DNA of 63,865 nucleotides, filler included, from Sluysia triapertura (Eukaryota): assembly GCA_046118255.1 (NCBI GenBank). It is 4 parts of 4 records of this genome, joined end to end, with 100 filler letters (N's around TTAATTAATTAA, not from the genome) between each part and the next. Parts side by side here need not be neighbours in the genome. Positions count along the whole stretch, not along the records: positions 1 to 21,253 come from JBJNIA010262839.1; 3 more parts are not named here. The stretch is one strand, 5' to 3'. Of this stretch, positions 1-11,054 are shown piece by piece (positions within the stretch are counted from its first letter, which is position 1; every line of letters starts with the position of its first letter). A model generated the notes under the pieces. The model saw only the letters and a program-made list of their open reading frames with translations. It was not told the origin of the DNA and ran no database searches. The translations under genes were made by a program, and so were the position numbers.

Positions 1-944
1 TATATAGGTTACTAAATTATGTAGCAGCACCCTAAAAATTATTTCATTGCATACAAATTTTTACATTTAAGTCAAATTCCTTTATGTATATTGATATTAT
101 TTACAACAAATGATCAAAATCTCATTCACATATTTCGTCAATGTAAATAAATCTCGAACGTCAGCTTATTTTCATCCGCAAAATATTTATAAAACTAATT
201 GTCAAAAAAATTATTCATGCTTGTAAATGATATCTATTTAGAAAAATTGATCTATAAGTTCGCTAATAATTTTATCAATATTCGATCTTTCAGCCAATCT
301 TCTCAATTAAATCGGTTGTGGAATAAAATTGACTCGTATTATGCTACCAAAAGTTCCTATTCTGGCTTCAGTGCAACGGTGTGGTTGAATGTGAATTACA
401 ACATCTAACACTAATATTTAAATAATATACATTTAATTTCAAGATCAAGTTTTATAGATTTACACCTGAATATAATACCGATATTTCATTTATTTGACTA
501 CCATTTCCATATACTCTTAATTAATTATACTCTAAAGTTATACAGCTTAAATCTGACATGTATAAATCATAGTGTTATTTGAAATTCATATTATGCAAAA
601 AAAACATAAAAACTGGCTACATCAATTTAACTTGATTTGTAATCTAGTATGCTCTATTATTTTATTTCAATTTTTTCAAGACCTGCTCATTCAAAAGGTA
701 GTTCTATTTTATATTCAATTCAATCGACATCTTAGTATTTTCATTATACGTGTGAAATTCATCCTTTGTTATTTAAATTTATGGTGATTAAAAACTTTAT
801 ATTGCGATTTTACGTTTATTTGTATACAAGTCATTACTAATTACTAATTTATTATAAGTAGCCTTAAAATTTAATAAATGGAATCGTAAAACAATATTTT
901 GTATTTGTAACCTTTTGTTTGTCTCAAAATTTGTCATAAATAAT

Positions 945-1274
945 ACTAAAATCATAACCCCAAAGGTTAACACCGTACGTCCAAGCAAGACATATAGGAA
1001 TTTTACGCTCATTGAAAGATTTAATATTTTTGCTCATTAATGAATATACCAAAATGGCAATCTTTGGTTAGTCTTGGAATGAGATGAAGACTGAAACTTT
1101 ACAAAAATCAATAATATCATCTGGATTCGATTCAAACTGAAGATTGGCACATATGGTAGAAGATTCTGTGAGGCATGGTCTATGTCAAACCAAGAGGGAC
1201 AACTCAATGGCGAGCCTATTTTTGATGAAAATGAGTATAATCAGGACGTCGAATGTTTAGATGACGATGAATAA
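945..1274 (+). mobile_element. Degraded pogo/Tigger-like DDE_1 transposase remnant
   Basis: Manual translation gives ..LTPYVQARHIGILRSLKD.., resembling the DDE_1 motif P(G)xTxxxQxxDxxIxxxxKD, followed by SW-E and an acidic tail. Stops and frameshifts are present. Confidence 0.45.
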
Positions 1275-2740
1275 AATTTTATAAATAAAGTTTTTGTTTT
1301 TTATTTAAGATTTCGTGTTAAAAAAATGAAAACACTAAATAATATCACTACCCAAATAGTATCACCAAATGTCAAAAATCTTTGGCGATATCCGTTAGTT
1401 TAACTTCAAATATGGTTTTAATCCTTTTTATTATGAAATTATAAATCAAAATTTTTAAAATAAATATATTACAAAATATGAAAAAATATGAGATAAAACA
1501 AAACTGATACATATAAACGTAAATTTTTCATTCAAAAATTTAATTTTTTTATTCATATTGATGTGGTTTCTTATTTAAATCTTACAATCACAATTGTAAT
1601 AATAATTTAAGAGTTCACCTGTGATCCGAGTGTTACACAATTTAAGGCTCGTGCACAAGATTTTAAACGCAAAATAATCGAGTGAGATCAAATGCAACTA
1701 ACTTACAACAAGCTTTATAAATGTTACGTAAACAATTTGTGGATTTTATTAGATTTTTATCAATTATTTATTTTCTTTATTTTTATCTTTATTATTTATT
1801 TTCTAGCATCATAGTTTAATTTAAAAATATAAGGGTCTTTTTTAAACTGACGAAAACAAGATTTTATGAAAAATTACAACAACTGATTTTATGAGATTAA
1901 ATCCAATTAAATAGGATTTTCAATAAGAATACGCGTATTTTAAATCTTTTTTGAGGGTTTATACCACTTAAATAAAATGATTTATAAGATCATTGTATAT
2001 ATTTGGCAAATGTGTTGAAAAAAATTTATATCAGAAATATATGAAATGATATTGTAATTTAAAATAATCTTACTTTAAATTATATGAAATAAATTTACTG
2101 ACATTGACGGTCTTTCATAAGTTTATTAAAATGAATTTCATTAAGATTTTAAATTGTAATAAATATAGCAAAAACTTAAGAATATATAACTAACGCCTTA
2201 GGTATTATTATTAGGTTTTGTATCAACTACCACTGAATTAGTCTTGTAATAAATAATTGTGAATTAAAATTATAGAATGAAAATTTTAAATTAGGACAAT
2301 ATTTTCATTTTTTGTTAAGAAAAAATAAATGATTATTGAGAATTATTAATGTCGTTAAAAGTATTCAAATAATCTTCGATTTTTAGAAATTATCAAATAA
2401 TAATTGCTATTATAAAGCTTATCTATACAGAAATGAAAGTATTGAAATACTCTGTCTTTAGCTTAGTAATCTTTAATAACTGAGTACGTGTGTAAATTAT
2501 GTTAATATGCAGTATAAATGTACTCCTTGTTTTTGTTAAAAATTTTTTAGGCTACAAAGCCTAATTAAAATTGAAATTATTGTTATTATAGAAGAATATT
2601 ATTACATTTATTATCATTATCATCATTATTACATTATTTACAATGGTATTATCATTATTATTCTTACTATTCAAATTATTATTACTTTTGTTAGGATATT
2701 ATTTAGTCCTGACAATATTATTATAGATTTTATCATTTAG

Positions 2741-2918
2741 ATACCTCTTCCAGTGCCTATAGTGTTTTTGTTAGCAGACATTTTCATCGCAGGTCTGTCA
2801 GTATACCAAAATCCCTGGGATTCATTTTTAAGTATTATAATGATGATATCTAGCATCCCAGTTTATATTGTATTTATAGCATGGAAAAAGAAACCAAAGA
2901 GTTTTAAAAAATTGATAT
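2741..2918 (+). CDS. Internal exon of an SLC7/LAT-family amino acid transporter (last two TM helices)
   Basis: AG|exon|GT bounded and stop-free: IPLPVPIVFLLADIFIAGLSVYQNPWDSFLSIIMMISSIPVYIVFIAWKKKPKSFKKLI. Matches the LAT-type C-terminal pattern (P..F..., G/SIPVY...W..KPK). Other exons not located. Confidence 0.7.
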
Positions 2919-3864
2919 GTTAGTTTTAATCATAATTAAAATATAAAAATATCGAACTCTGAAATAAATTATAAACTTTTGATTGAATTTTGACTCTTCA
3001 TAATGTGTCGGCTGTCATTGGATTTTGTATTAAACTATAAAATTTATAGGTATAAACTAACGATATTGTCAAAATGATATTGTAAACGAATATAGTAAAG
3101 TTATAGTGCCAAAAATATTGATCGATGCTATTAATTTACCAAACAAATATTAAATTAGAATTTATTTATCTAAATATTGTAAATTTCGTTATACTAAAAT
3201 CTATATTATCTTGCAAAATTTATTTCTGACTTTTATTACATCAACAATTTTCTATATCCAAAATACAAAATGGAACTGGTATTTATACTCGCACTGTCTT
3301 TGGTTTCGGGTTGATCTTTTTTTATACATTGAAGTTCTTCAAAAGTTTGTTTATATTTGTAATTTTTATGATATTTTAATTATTAGAAAACGTTTACGAA
3401 CGTATTATGATTGCTACTGCCATCACTAAACTTTAGAAATAACATGAGGCATAATCTAGATATTTTAATTGAAGATAATCAATTAATTCGAGTTGATAAT
3501 ACATTAACAATAATTGATAAGTTTTTGTATAACAGTTAAGTTTAATTAAAATCCAAAAAATTAACTTGGAAAATTTTCTTAATATTTAATTATTTTACTA
3601 ACTTTACATTTTTTATTTTATTATTTGACTTATTTTAGTCACGGACTTTATATTAAATTACTGTTTAAATTTTACTATTTTCACTGTTACATTGTTACAT
3701 TTGATAAATAAAATTTTAGCCAGTTCAGTTTTGTTTAATTAAAAGGAGAAAACGCGAATTTTTAACATTAATCAAGTAAGATAGCACTTCAATCTCTTAC
3801 ACCAGAGATGAATGAACGATAATCTCCAGTCCATAAAGCTTTATTACGTGTCAGACAATAGGTT

Positions 3865-3918
3865 TTAAATCGATCATTATCGTTATTCTAAATGGCACTT
3901 TAGGCCTTTACCTCATCA
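3865..3918 (-). mobile_element. 5' fragment of the tRNA-bearing solo-LTR family
   Basis: The reverse complement TGATGAGGTAAAGGCCTAAAGTGCCATTTAGAATAACGATA matches the 5' ends of the copies at 11054, 17342 and 22044. Confidence 0.55.
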
Positions 3919-4105
3919 AATGAACAAAATCAATTCACCTTAATGACTTACAAACTTAATGGCTTTTTGATAAAAGAATCACGTTTAAAAAATTATGGAG
4001 GTTAAATTATGTACCTATGCAATTTGATTATATTCATTAAATTCATTGATAATATTATATTAATATTGTCAATAATTAGATTGGTAGTAGTTTGTTAATA
4101 ATAAT

Positions 4106-4220
4106 TGGAATCGAAAACGGATCAGGGAGATGAATAATAATTAAAATGATTAAAATAGATTAATTTAAATTAATTGCAATGCTTATTGTTTTTTATTATT
4201 ATTATTATTACTATTATTTA
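4106..4220 (+). repeat. Dispersed repeat ending in (TTA)n; probable non-LTR retroelement 3' end, copy 1
   Basis: 42-nt exact match TGGAATCGAAAACGGATCAGGGAGATGAATAATAATTAAAAT to 7461-7502, followed by similar sequence and a (TTA)n tail. Confidence 0.6.
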
Positions 4221-5379
4221 GCTAATTTTTATAATCCAACTTATTATGCCGTATTTATTATGATTATTATAGACTTATTATGGTGTTCTGACATAACTTT
4301 AGGAATTTATGATATGATACACTTTATTTAGGGGTTTAGTTATTGTTTTGAGGACATGCGTGTCGTTTATTAGAAATTTTATTAACGTTATGCAGAACTT
4401 CGAAATGAGACTTATTTATCACCTTTACCTTCATTATCGCAATCGATCTCGATTCTATGATTACATTTATTCTTCATATTTCGAAACTCATTTTTTACCT
4501 ATCTTACAACTATTTTTGATTTTATAAGTGCATTTAAATTTTTATTTAATGTTGCGAGTATTCTTATTTTTATTGTTACAACTGCATTCGATTTTATTGT
4601 TACATTTGTATCCAAAAAACCATCATATACAATAACAAAAAATAAAAAATAAAAATCATCATACAGATCAAATTTTCCGTCTTAAATAAGAATTCCTCAC
4701 CTTGCAACTGTCCATTTTCCAACCCATATCTGTCGGTACTTTCGCACTCATTGACTGTCTATCCGCGTACAGGCTTAACTCTCTGTTGCAAACTGAGCAA
4801 AGCACTGTATATTCAGTCGATTCATCGATATTGTAGACAGAAGGTAGCGAATTGCGTAACTTCTGTGTTGAGCATTTACTAAGAAAGTCTGGAACTTCCG
4901 GTTCACGTAATACGAAAAAGACGCAAACTGAACAGCAACACTAAGTGGCAGAGTGCGATCAATAAACTGAGCTCCATTAATAGACTGTTCTACTTTTTAT
5001 CCCAAGGAAGATGTATTCACAGGATCTCAAGAAATTCCTTCGTAAAGAGGCTTTAATCACTTATTGCACGTAACCTTTTAATCTTAATCTTCGATAATTT
5101 TTCAACTACAATTCAGGTTTTTAAATATTCGAGCAAAATTATTAGTTAATATTCTTACAATTAATTCACCTTTACAAATTTTATTATTCTTAAAAGAAAT
5201 TACGATACTTTATTATTGTTTAACTACAATTAATTTATCTTTGCCAAACTTTATTACGATGCTTTGCTATCTTTAATAAATGTAGAACTCACTAAGAAAC
5301 AACGTTATTTATTACAAAGTAATCAAATATAAAAAGGCTTTTAAACAATGATGTGTAATATAACAAATAATAAAAAAGA

Positions 5380-5760
5380 TGGAAGATCTCCGTGTATTTT
5401 AAAAATGATTTTAAAATAGATTTTAATCCAGGCGAATACTTGGATGGAATTTAAGGCATTTTAAGTGTATTATGAAACTGTCTTAATTGAAGCTAAATAC
5501 TTACAAATAACTAACTTATTCATTGACTATTAAAAAGAATTGTCCAAATAGCTGTACCCAGAATAAGATGAGTTAATAAAAACTTTTCTCAGATTCGATT
5601 TGATCAAAATTTCACCAAGTGAATTTAGCAATTGTTCCAGCAAATGAACACATAAGTTTAACGATTCTTCCATCAAAATGAACAAGTAAGTTTTAAGTTA
5701 AACCAAATAATATCCTTGTCGTAGACGAAAAATTGTCACTTCTCTAATTTTTTATTTGCA
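5380..5760 (-). mobile_element. Possible hATm-like transposase relic
   Basis: Minus-strand fragments VTIFRLRQ ... LVHFDGRIVK ... LEQLL resemble the (V)HWDGK..QLLG region. Heavily decayed. Confidence 0.25.
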
Positions 5761-7460
5761 AAGTGTTTAGCTTCATTTTTTAATTTAAATGCGCTTTTAC
5801 TCCTTTTAAGTTTACCGAAATAAAATTATTAGATAAGTAGAAATTATAAAATTATTTGATAAGAATAATCGACATTTTTCTTTAGATTACAAATGCTTTT
5901 TGCTGTAAATAACCGACATTCTTTTAAATTATTCTGTAATTTATCAATTTGTTTATGACTAATTTATTTATATTCTAAATTATTTACATTTGTTAAAAAA
6001 TTAAACTATCTAAATTAAATTATTTAATAATATTAAAAATTAATTTAATTTTATTAAAAAATTATTAAATTACTATTTAAATTATTTACATTCATGATTA
6101 TTTACAAATTTCATTTATTGAATTGATTGATTATTTACAAGACAAAGGTTTTGTAGCAAATGGATTCCAGAAGAATTTGAACAATCACGATTAAATATTG
6201 GTTTTAAGTCAATAACACGATTAAAAACTTTCAAAACTTCAACAATTCAATTTTATTAAGGCTTTAATTTGTGTGAGTAACTTCTGTTATTCCATGGATT
6301 TAAAAAAGTCGCTAATTCAAGATCATCTAAAGTACTAAAAAGATCAGTTTTTAACTAATAATCATTTTATAATTATCCATATTGAGGATTTCCAAGGAAT
6401 TTCAATTCTCTTAATTAATTAAATCTCATTAGATATCTAGTTTTATTTATTTCTACTCAAATTTATTATAAGAAAAGTGAAAAGCAAATATTTCTTGGCA
6501 CACAACAAAATAACATTATTTTTAAATATTGTAATAAAAATAACTCGTGAAGAGAAAAAAATTTAAACTTGTTTATTTATTTTAAATTCAGCTGAAATTT
6601 GTTATTTTACAAAATACATTAATAAAACTGCTAATTATAATTATATTCAAAGAAAACAAATATAATCAAATAAACAACATTTACTGTCATTTAAAAATAT
6701 AATTTTCATTTTTACGTTTATAAACTTGCAGTTAAAATATGTTTTATCATTTACTTATTAATCATACACTTACTGTTCATAAAATCAACGGTTTCTGAAA
6801 GTAACTGAATAAAAATTTGAAAGAAATTGGTATAAAACAATTATTCATTATACAGTATATTCCGTCTTATGTATCTATTCGATTAATGTTTCAAAAATGG
6901 CTTGGGATCTCTTGGATACAAAATCCTAAACATGCTAGAACATTTATTGCTTCTGGATTGTTAAAAATATCATCGAAATCAAATGAAATAAATTCATTAG
7001 AATAAGCATCACTTGAGACGTCGCAATAATAGTAATGACGATTGTCATGTTGATGGTAATAATGGCAATAATAATCTGTAATATGCTTCTATTTTGGCGA
7101 TTGTTAGAGGAACCTAAATGTATTAAATGTTTTGCAGATAAGTGAAAGGTTTAGGAAGTGGAATAGATATTATGTGATGATTAGAGTTGGAAATATCTTG
7201 ATACATGTTTTTTTCATTATAAAATCCCAGGTAATGGTTTTGGCCATCAAAGTAACAAATATATATTATAACATTTTTCTTACGCATAATTAAAATGTTT
7301 ATTTTATACATTTAGTGTATTCGACATTATATATGCAAAAATTGTTCCTCGTTGTTCCGCAAGATATAAATTATGAAGAAATTGATAAGATATTTAAAAA
7401 CGATAAAGGACTTGTGATAAATACTACGTATAAAAATGAACTCGAAATTGTACTAGAAAA

Positions 7461-7542
7461 TGGAATCGAAAACGGATCAGGGAGATGAATAATAATTAAA
7501 ATAAAAATATTTTTAGAATTAAATTAATTACAATGTTTATTG

Positions 7543-7597
<55 letters not shown>

Positions 7598-7600
7598 TAT
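7461..7600 (+). repeat. Dispersed repeat ending in (TTA)n, copy 2
   Basis: Same 42-nt block as 4106-4147, followed by about 18 TTA units. Confidence 0.6.
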
Positions 7601-7765
7601 TGAAATATTGGAGGTCATTTTGAATTTGCTATTCGTTTTCTTTCGTATTAACCTATTATATTTTAAAAATGACATTCTCGAAATTTCAGAAAATAATAAA
7701 AAAAGCATATTACTATATGAGAAATAAAGTATGTGAAGCAGATAGAATTAAAAACTTAGCTAAGG

Positions 7766-7814
7766 TGAGTTCACCAACGTACTGGACTTACCAGTTAGGG
7801 CCATCGTTGGATTT
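7766..7814. repeat. About 50-nt dispersed hairpin repeat, copy 1
   Basis: TGAGTTCACCAACGTACTGGACTTACCAGTTAGGGCCATCGTTGGATTT; near-copy at 51741-51790. Confidence 0.7.
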
Positions 7815-7925
7815 TTCTATGAAATTAATATTTGAAATAATTGGAGGTTAAATAACTTAGCTATATTTCTTTTGTAGACTCTTAACAATAAATTTATTAC
7901 TGGCACAAAAAATAATTAAATCAAT

Positions 7926-8100
7926 ATATTTTAATATGGTTCTTAAATCGAACGTGAAATACTAATATTTTAATAAGGCTCCTAAATTGAACCTTTAAAA
8001 AATAATGAGATGATTTTGATAAGGTTCTGAAATTGAACCTTTAAGAAATAATTAAAGATTTTATTGAATGATTTTAATGAGGTTCGAAGTAGAACCTATA
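7926..8100. repeat. Four degenerate tandem units with a palindromic AGGTTC-N6/7-GAACCT core
   Basis: Cores at about 7938, 7976, 8022 and 8080, each preceded by ATTTT(A/G)AT. Confidence 0.65.
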
Positions 8101-9701
8101 ATGTTAATTATGATAATAAAAAAGTAAAATTAGAATAACTTTATTACAAAAAACTTTATATACAATAGATAGTGTACAATTTAATAGTATAATAATAATA
8201 CCTTTTGAACAGGATTACAAAAATTAGTCCACTTATTGAAATTTTAAATAATGAAGTTTAATAAGCTACCCTGAAATAGTAGCGCAATAAGAACTTGATT
8301 TTAAGTAAAATATTAAGAACGCAATTTTAAATATTGCAGAAAGCTTAATCCAAAAAACTAACGATAATCCAATAATGAAAACTGTAGATGGATTCTTATT
8401 CCAAAAGACATACTATTCTACGAGAACGATTAGATATTTCGAATTAACCACAAAAATATGCGCTCACCAAGAATTGCAAAAAATTGTCAAATATTGTGAG
8501 ATTTCATAAATTTTTATTTTTATTTACAATTAAAATGTCATTTTTAAAACAATTATTAAAAATTTTAATAAAAATAGTAAATACAATTAAGAATAATAAA
8601 TATTATATAATTTTTCCTTATAAAAATTAATCTTGTTAAAAGATTTAAAAATATTCAAATTAAAAAGTCTTACTTTTCTAAAAATTAACCATAAATTATT
8701 CCAAATGAATTATCAATAAATTTTAAGAATCATTAAATAAATATATATTAACTTGAAATAAATTTTACGAATAAATATACATTAATTTGAACTTTATCCT
8801 TATGCATTAACTTGAACTTTATTATTTATTTATTAACACATTAACAACTATAACAAAACTATTTTGAATAGTTTTTGGTTTATTTGTCTTTATAATTTAT
8901 TAATACCTTTATTTAATTAAAGGTTTATAAAAATTCAAAATGTACTAAATCTAAAATGTATTTGACACAATCAAATAATGTACGTATAAATTGAACTTGT
9001 TCTTAAAGGATACTTTAATAATTCTAGAAAATAATCCAAAATAAAACATCTTGAAAATACTTCAAAAAATATCAATCAGCAAGCAAGAAATGCTTTGAAC
9101 AAATGAACCACGCATAAAAGAAGACAGGATGTAAAGACTGAATTGGAACTCGTCAGATTTAATTAATGAGCAAAAGCGATTACGGCTCATACGAAAACGT
9201 CGAAAGAATGAAAAAACGAATTAATATACAAGCTGGCCAATAAATGAACATAAATAAATTATTAATTGACCAAATTCTTATTTTATATTAAAGAATAAAA
9301 TAATAAATGTCATAAGAGAAATTGGTTGTACATGCAAGAATTCAGCAAAAGAAATGATATTTTACACAAAGCAATATAGGAAAATAATGAAGATGCGGTT
9401 AAAAGTCACATAGTAAGGAGCTTAAAATTGATATAAATGAAAAAAACGATGGTAGGTAATGAGTCAGTCATACATTTGATAATATTTAGTAATTCTAATT
9501 TAGAAATAATGCATATAATACTTAAATGACCTTACTTGAATTTAGATGCGGTCGGCGAAAACGCCATGGATTGCGTTAGAAGATCTAAACGACAAGATAG
9601 AGTACGGTTGTTAGAAAGTGTTAGAAATAATGTAAAACTGAATAAGCCAGTGAACGATGAAGTTTCACCTTCTTTTGTTACCCAGAACAATAATTTTAAT
9701 G

Positions 9702-9743
<42 letters not shown>

Positions 9744-10739
9744 GCGAGGTTGGCGTTTAATAAACTAATTGACTCACAATTGAAAAATATGTTACAGAGT
9801 AATTAAGTTTTGTTAAATTACGAAAAAGTGCATGATATATTTGAGTTAATAGATATGGTTCCATTGGAATTACTTATGAATAACGAAAAATTTGTTGACT
9901 TCTTAGTGGAACAAGTAAAATTTCCAAATCCATATTGTATGAAAGCTAAGATTATTTTGAAAACTATAGGACAAATGTGGCTGCAGAATGATAGTAATGA
10001 ATCTTTGCCAATTTTGTTAAATTATGAAGGTAACCTCCATGCGGTATAATTACCTAATTATACTACAGGACAATACGTTATGATGTTAGCGTGTTCAGTC
10101 TTTAATTTACTAAATGGTATCTGGTGATGGCTTTTTGTATTTTAAAGTTAACAAATTATTTTTGTTTATTTTTATATCAGTAAATATATCAATTAATATT
10201 CTCTTTAACAACAAATGATTAAAATTTAACATTAAATCAGTTAAGACAATAATAAAATTTTTAATTAGTAACCTAGGCTTAAGGCCTGTAACAAATAACA
10301 ATTTTAATGATACAACGAAGTTTAATAATTTATTTACTAAACAATAAAATGTTGGAATAAAACATAAATAAACTAACAATACAACAGTTAATTAGTATTA
10401 AATGTCTAAACTTTATTATTTCATTCTCTTTAGGATAAAAATGGGTATCGTTTAATAAATTAGCAATGTAAGAATTAGATCTTTTTATAGTCCAAATACA
10501 TACTACTTCGTTTCGGTAACAAGACTGCATCGGATCTTTACATGAATAAGTTTTTAGCATATTAACCCATTTAGGTAAGTTTAAATGTTAGTGGCTGCGA
10601 CGGTTCATAAGGCATGTAACAAAGTTGGATATCATAGTGATTATAAAACATAGTACAAATGGTGTGAATCTCGTCGTAGATTGTTAGACAATTTTTTATA
10701 GTTATCGTCTAATTTATAATGAAGTGCATATTTCACTTG

Positions 10740-10892
10740 AATAATTAAACAGTAATGTAAACTTGGCATATCACGAACTTTCATTATTGTACCTTTCAGA
10801 ATCATACTTTTCAGTGGATACCATTCGTGAGCTTCCACATCCATCTTCAAATATCGATAATGTGATCGGATTCATTAAACATTTTCAAAAGG
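10740..10892 (-). pseudogene. FkbM/METTL24-like methyltransferase fragment
   Basis: LKMFNESDHII/(frameshift)YLKMDVEAHEWYPLKSMILKGTIMKV matches the ID(Y/I)LK(M/I)D(I/V)E..EW motif. Confidence 0.55.
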
Positions 10893-10896
10893 GTAT

Positions 10897-11054
10897 TGTT
10901 AGACTTCGTAAAATAGACTGACCGGGGATCGAACCCGCGACCATCGTCTGCGCAGTCGATGCTATACCACTGAGCTATCAGCCCCGTCTAACAATTTCAT
11001 TTTTAATATATTCAATTATACTACTTGGCACGTTTTAGGCCTTTTACCCCAACA
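10897..11054 (-). mobile_element. Solo-LTR-like element carrying a tRNA-like gene (most complete copy)
   Basis: The minus strand begins TGTTGGGGTAAAAGGCCTAAA and ends AAGTCTAACA. Plus-strand flanks are GTAT/ATAT (3/4 TSD). Homologous copies at 17342, 22044 and 3865. Confidence 0.7.
10914..10984 (-). tRNA. tRNA-like sequence (possibly Ala-derived), probably not a functional tRNA
   Basis: GGGCTGATAGCTCAGTGGTATAGCATCGACTGCGCAGACGATGGTCGCGGGTTCGATCCCCGGTCAGTCTA. Good A-box (TAGCTCAGTGG), B-box (GGTTCGATCC) and 7-bp acceptor stem, but the anticodon arm has a mismatch and a 6-nt loop. Confidence 0.65.

Noticed and set aside
7496-7727. Poly-N / poly-L ORFs (also at 17130-17619, 24073-24345 and 25866-26054)
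   Set aside because: Translations of (TTA)n microsatellites or N gaps.
7926-8100. CRISPR array
   Set aside because: Repeats are degenerate, spacers are related and unequal, there are no cas genes, and the context is eukaryotic.
9536-10049. Ankyrin-like or other exons
   Set aside because: Coding-like, but no family could be assigned with confidence.
10914-10984. Functional tRNA gene or classic tRNA-SINE
   Set aside because: Defective anticodon arm; shared upstream sequence and TG...CA ends with no poly-A or simple-repeat tail.
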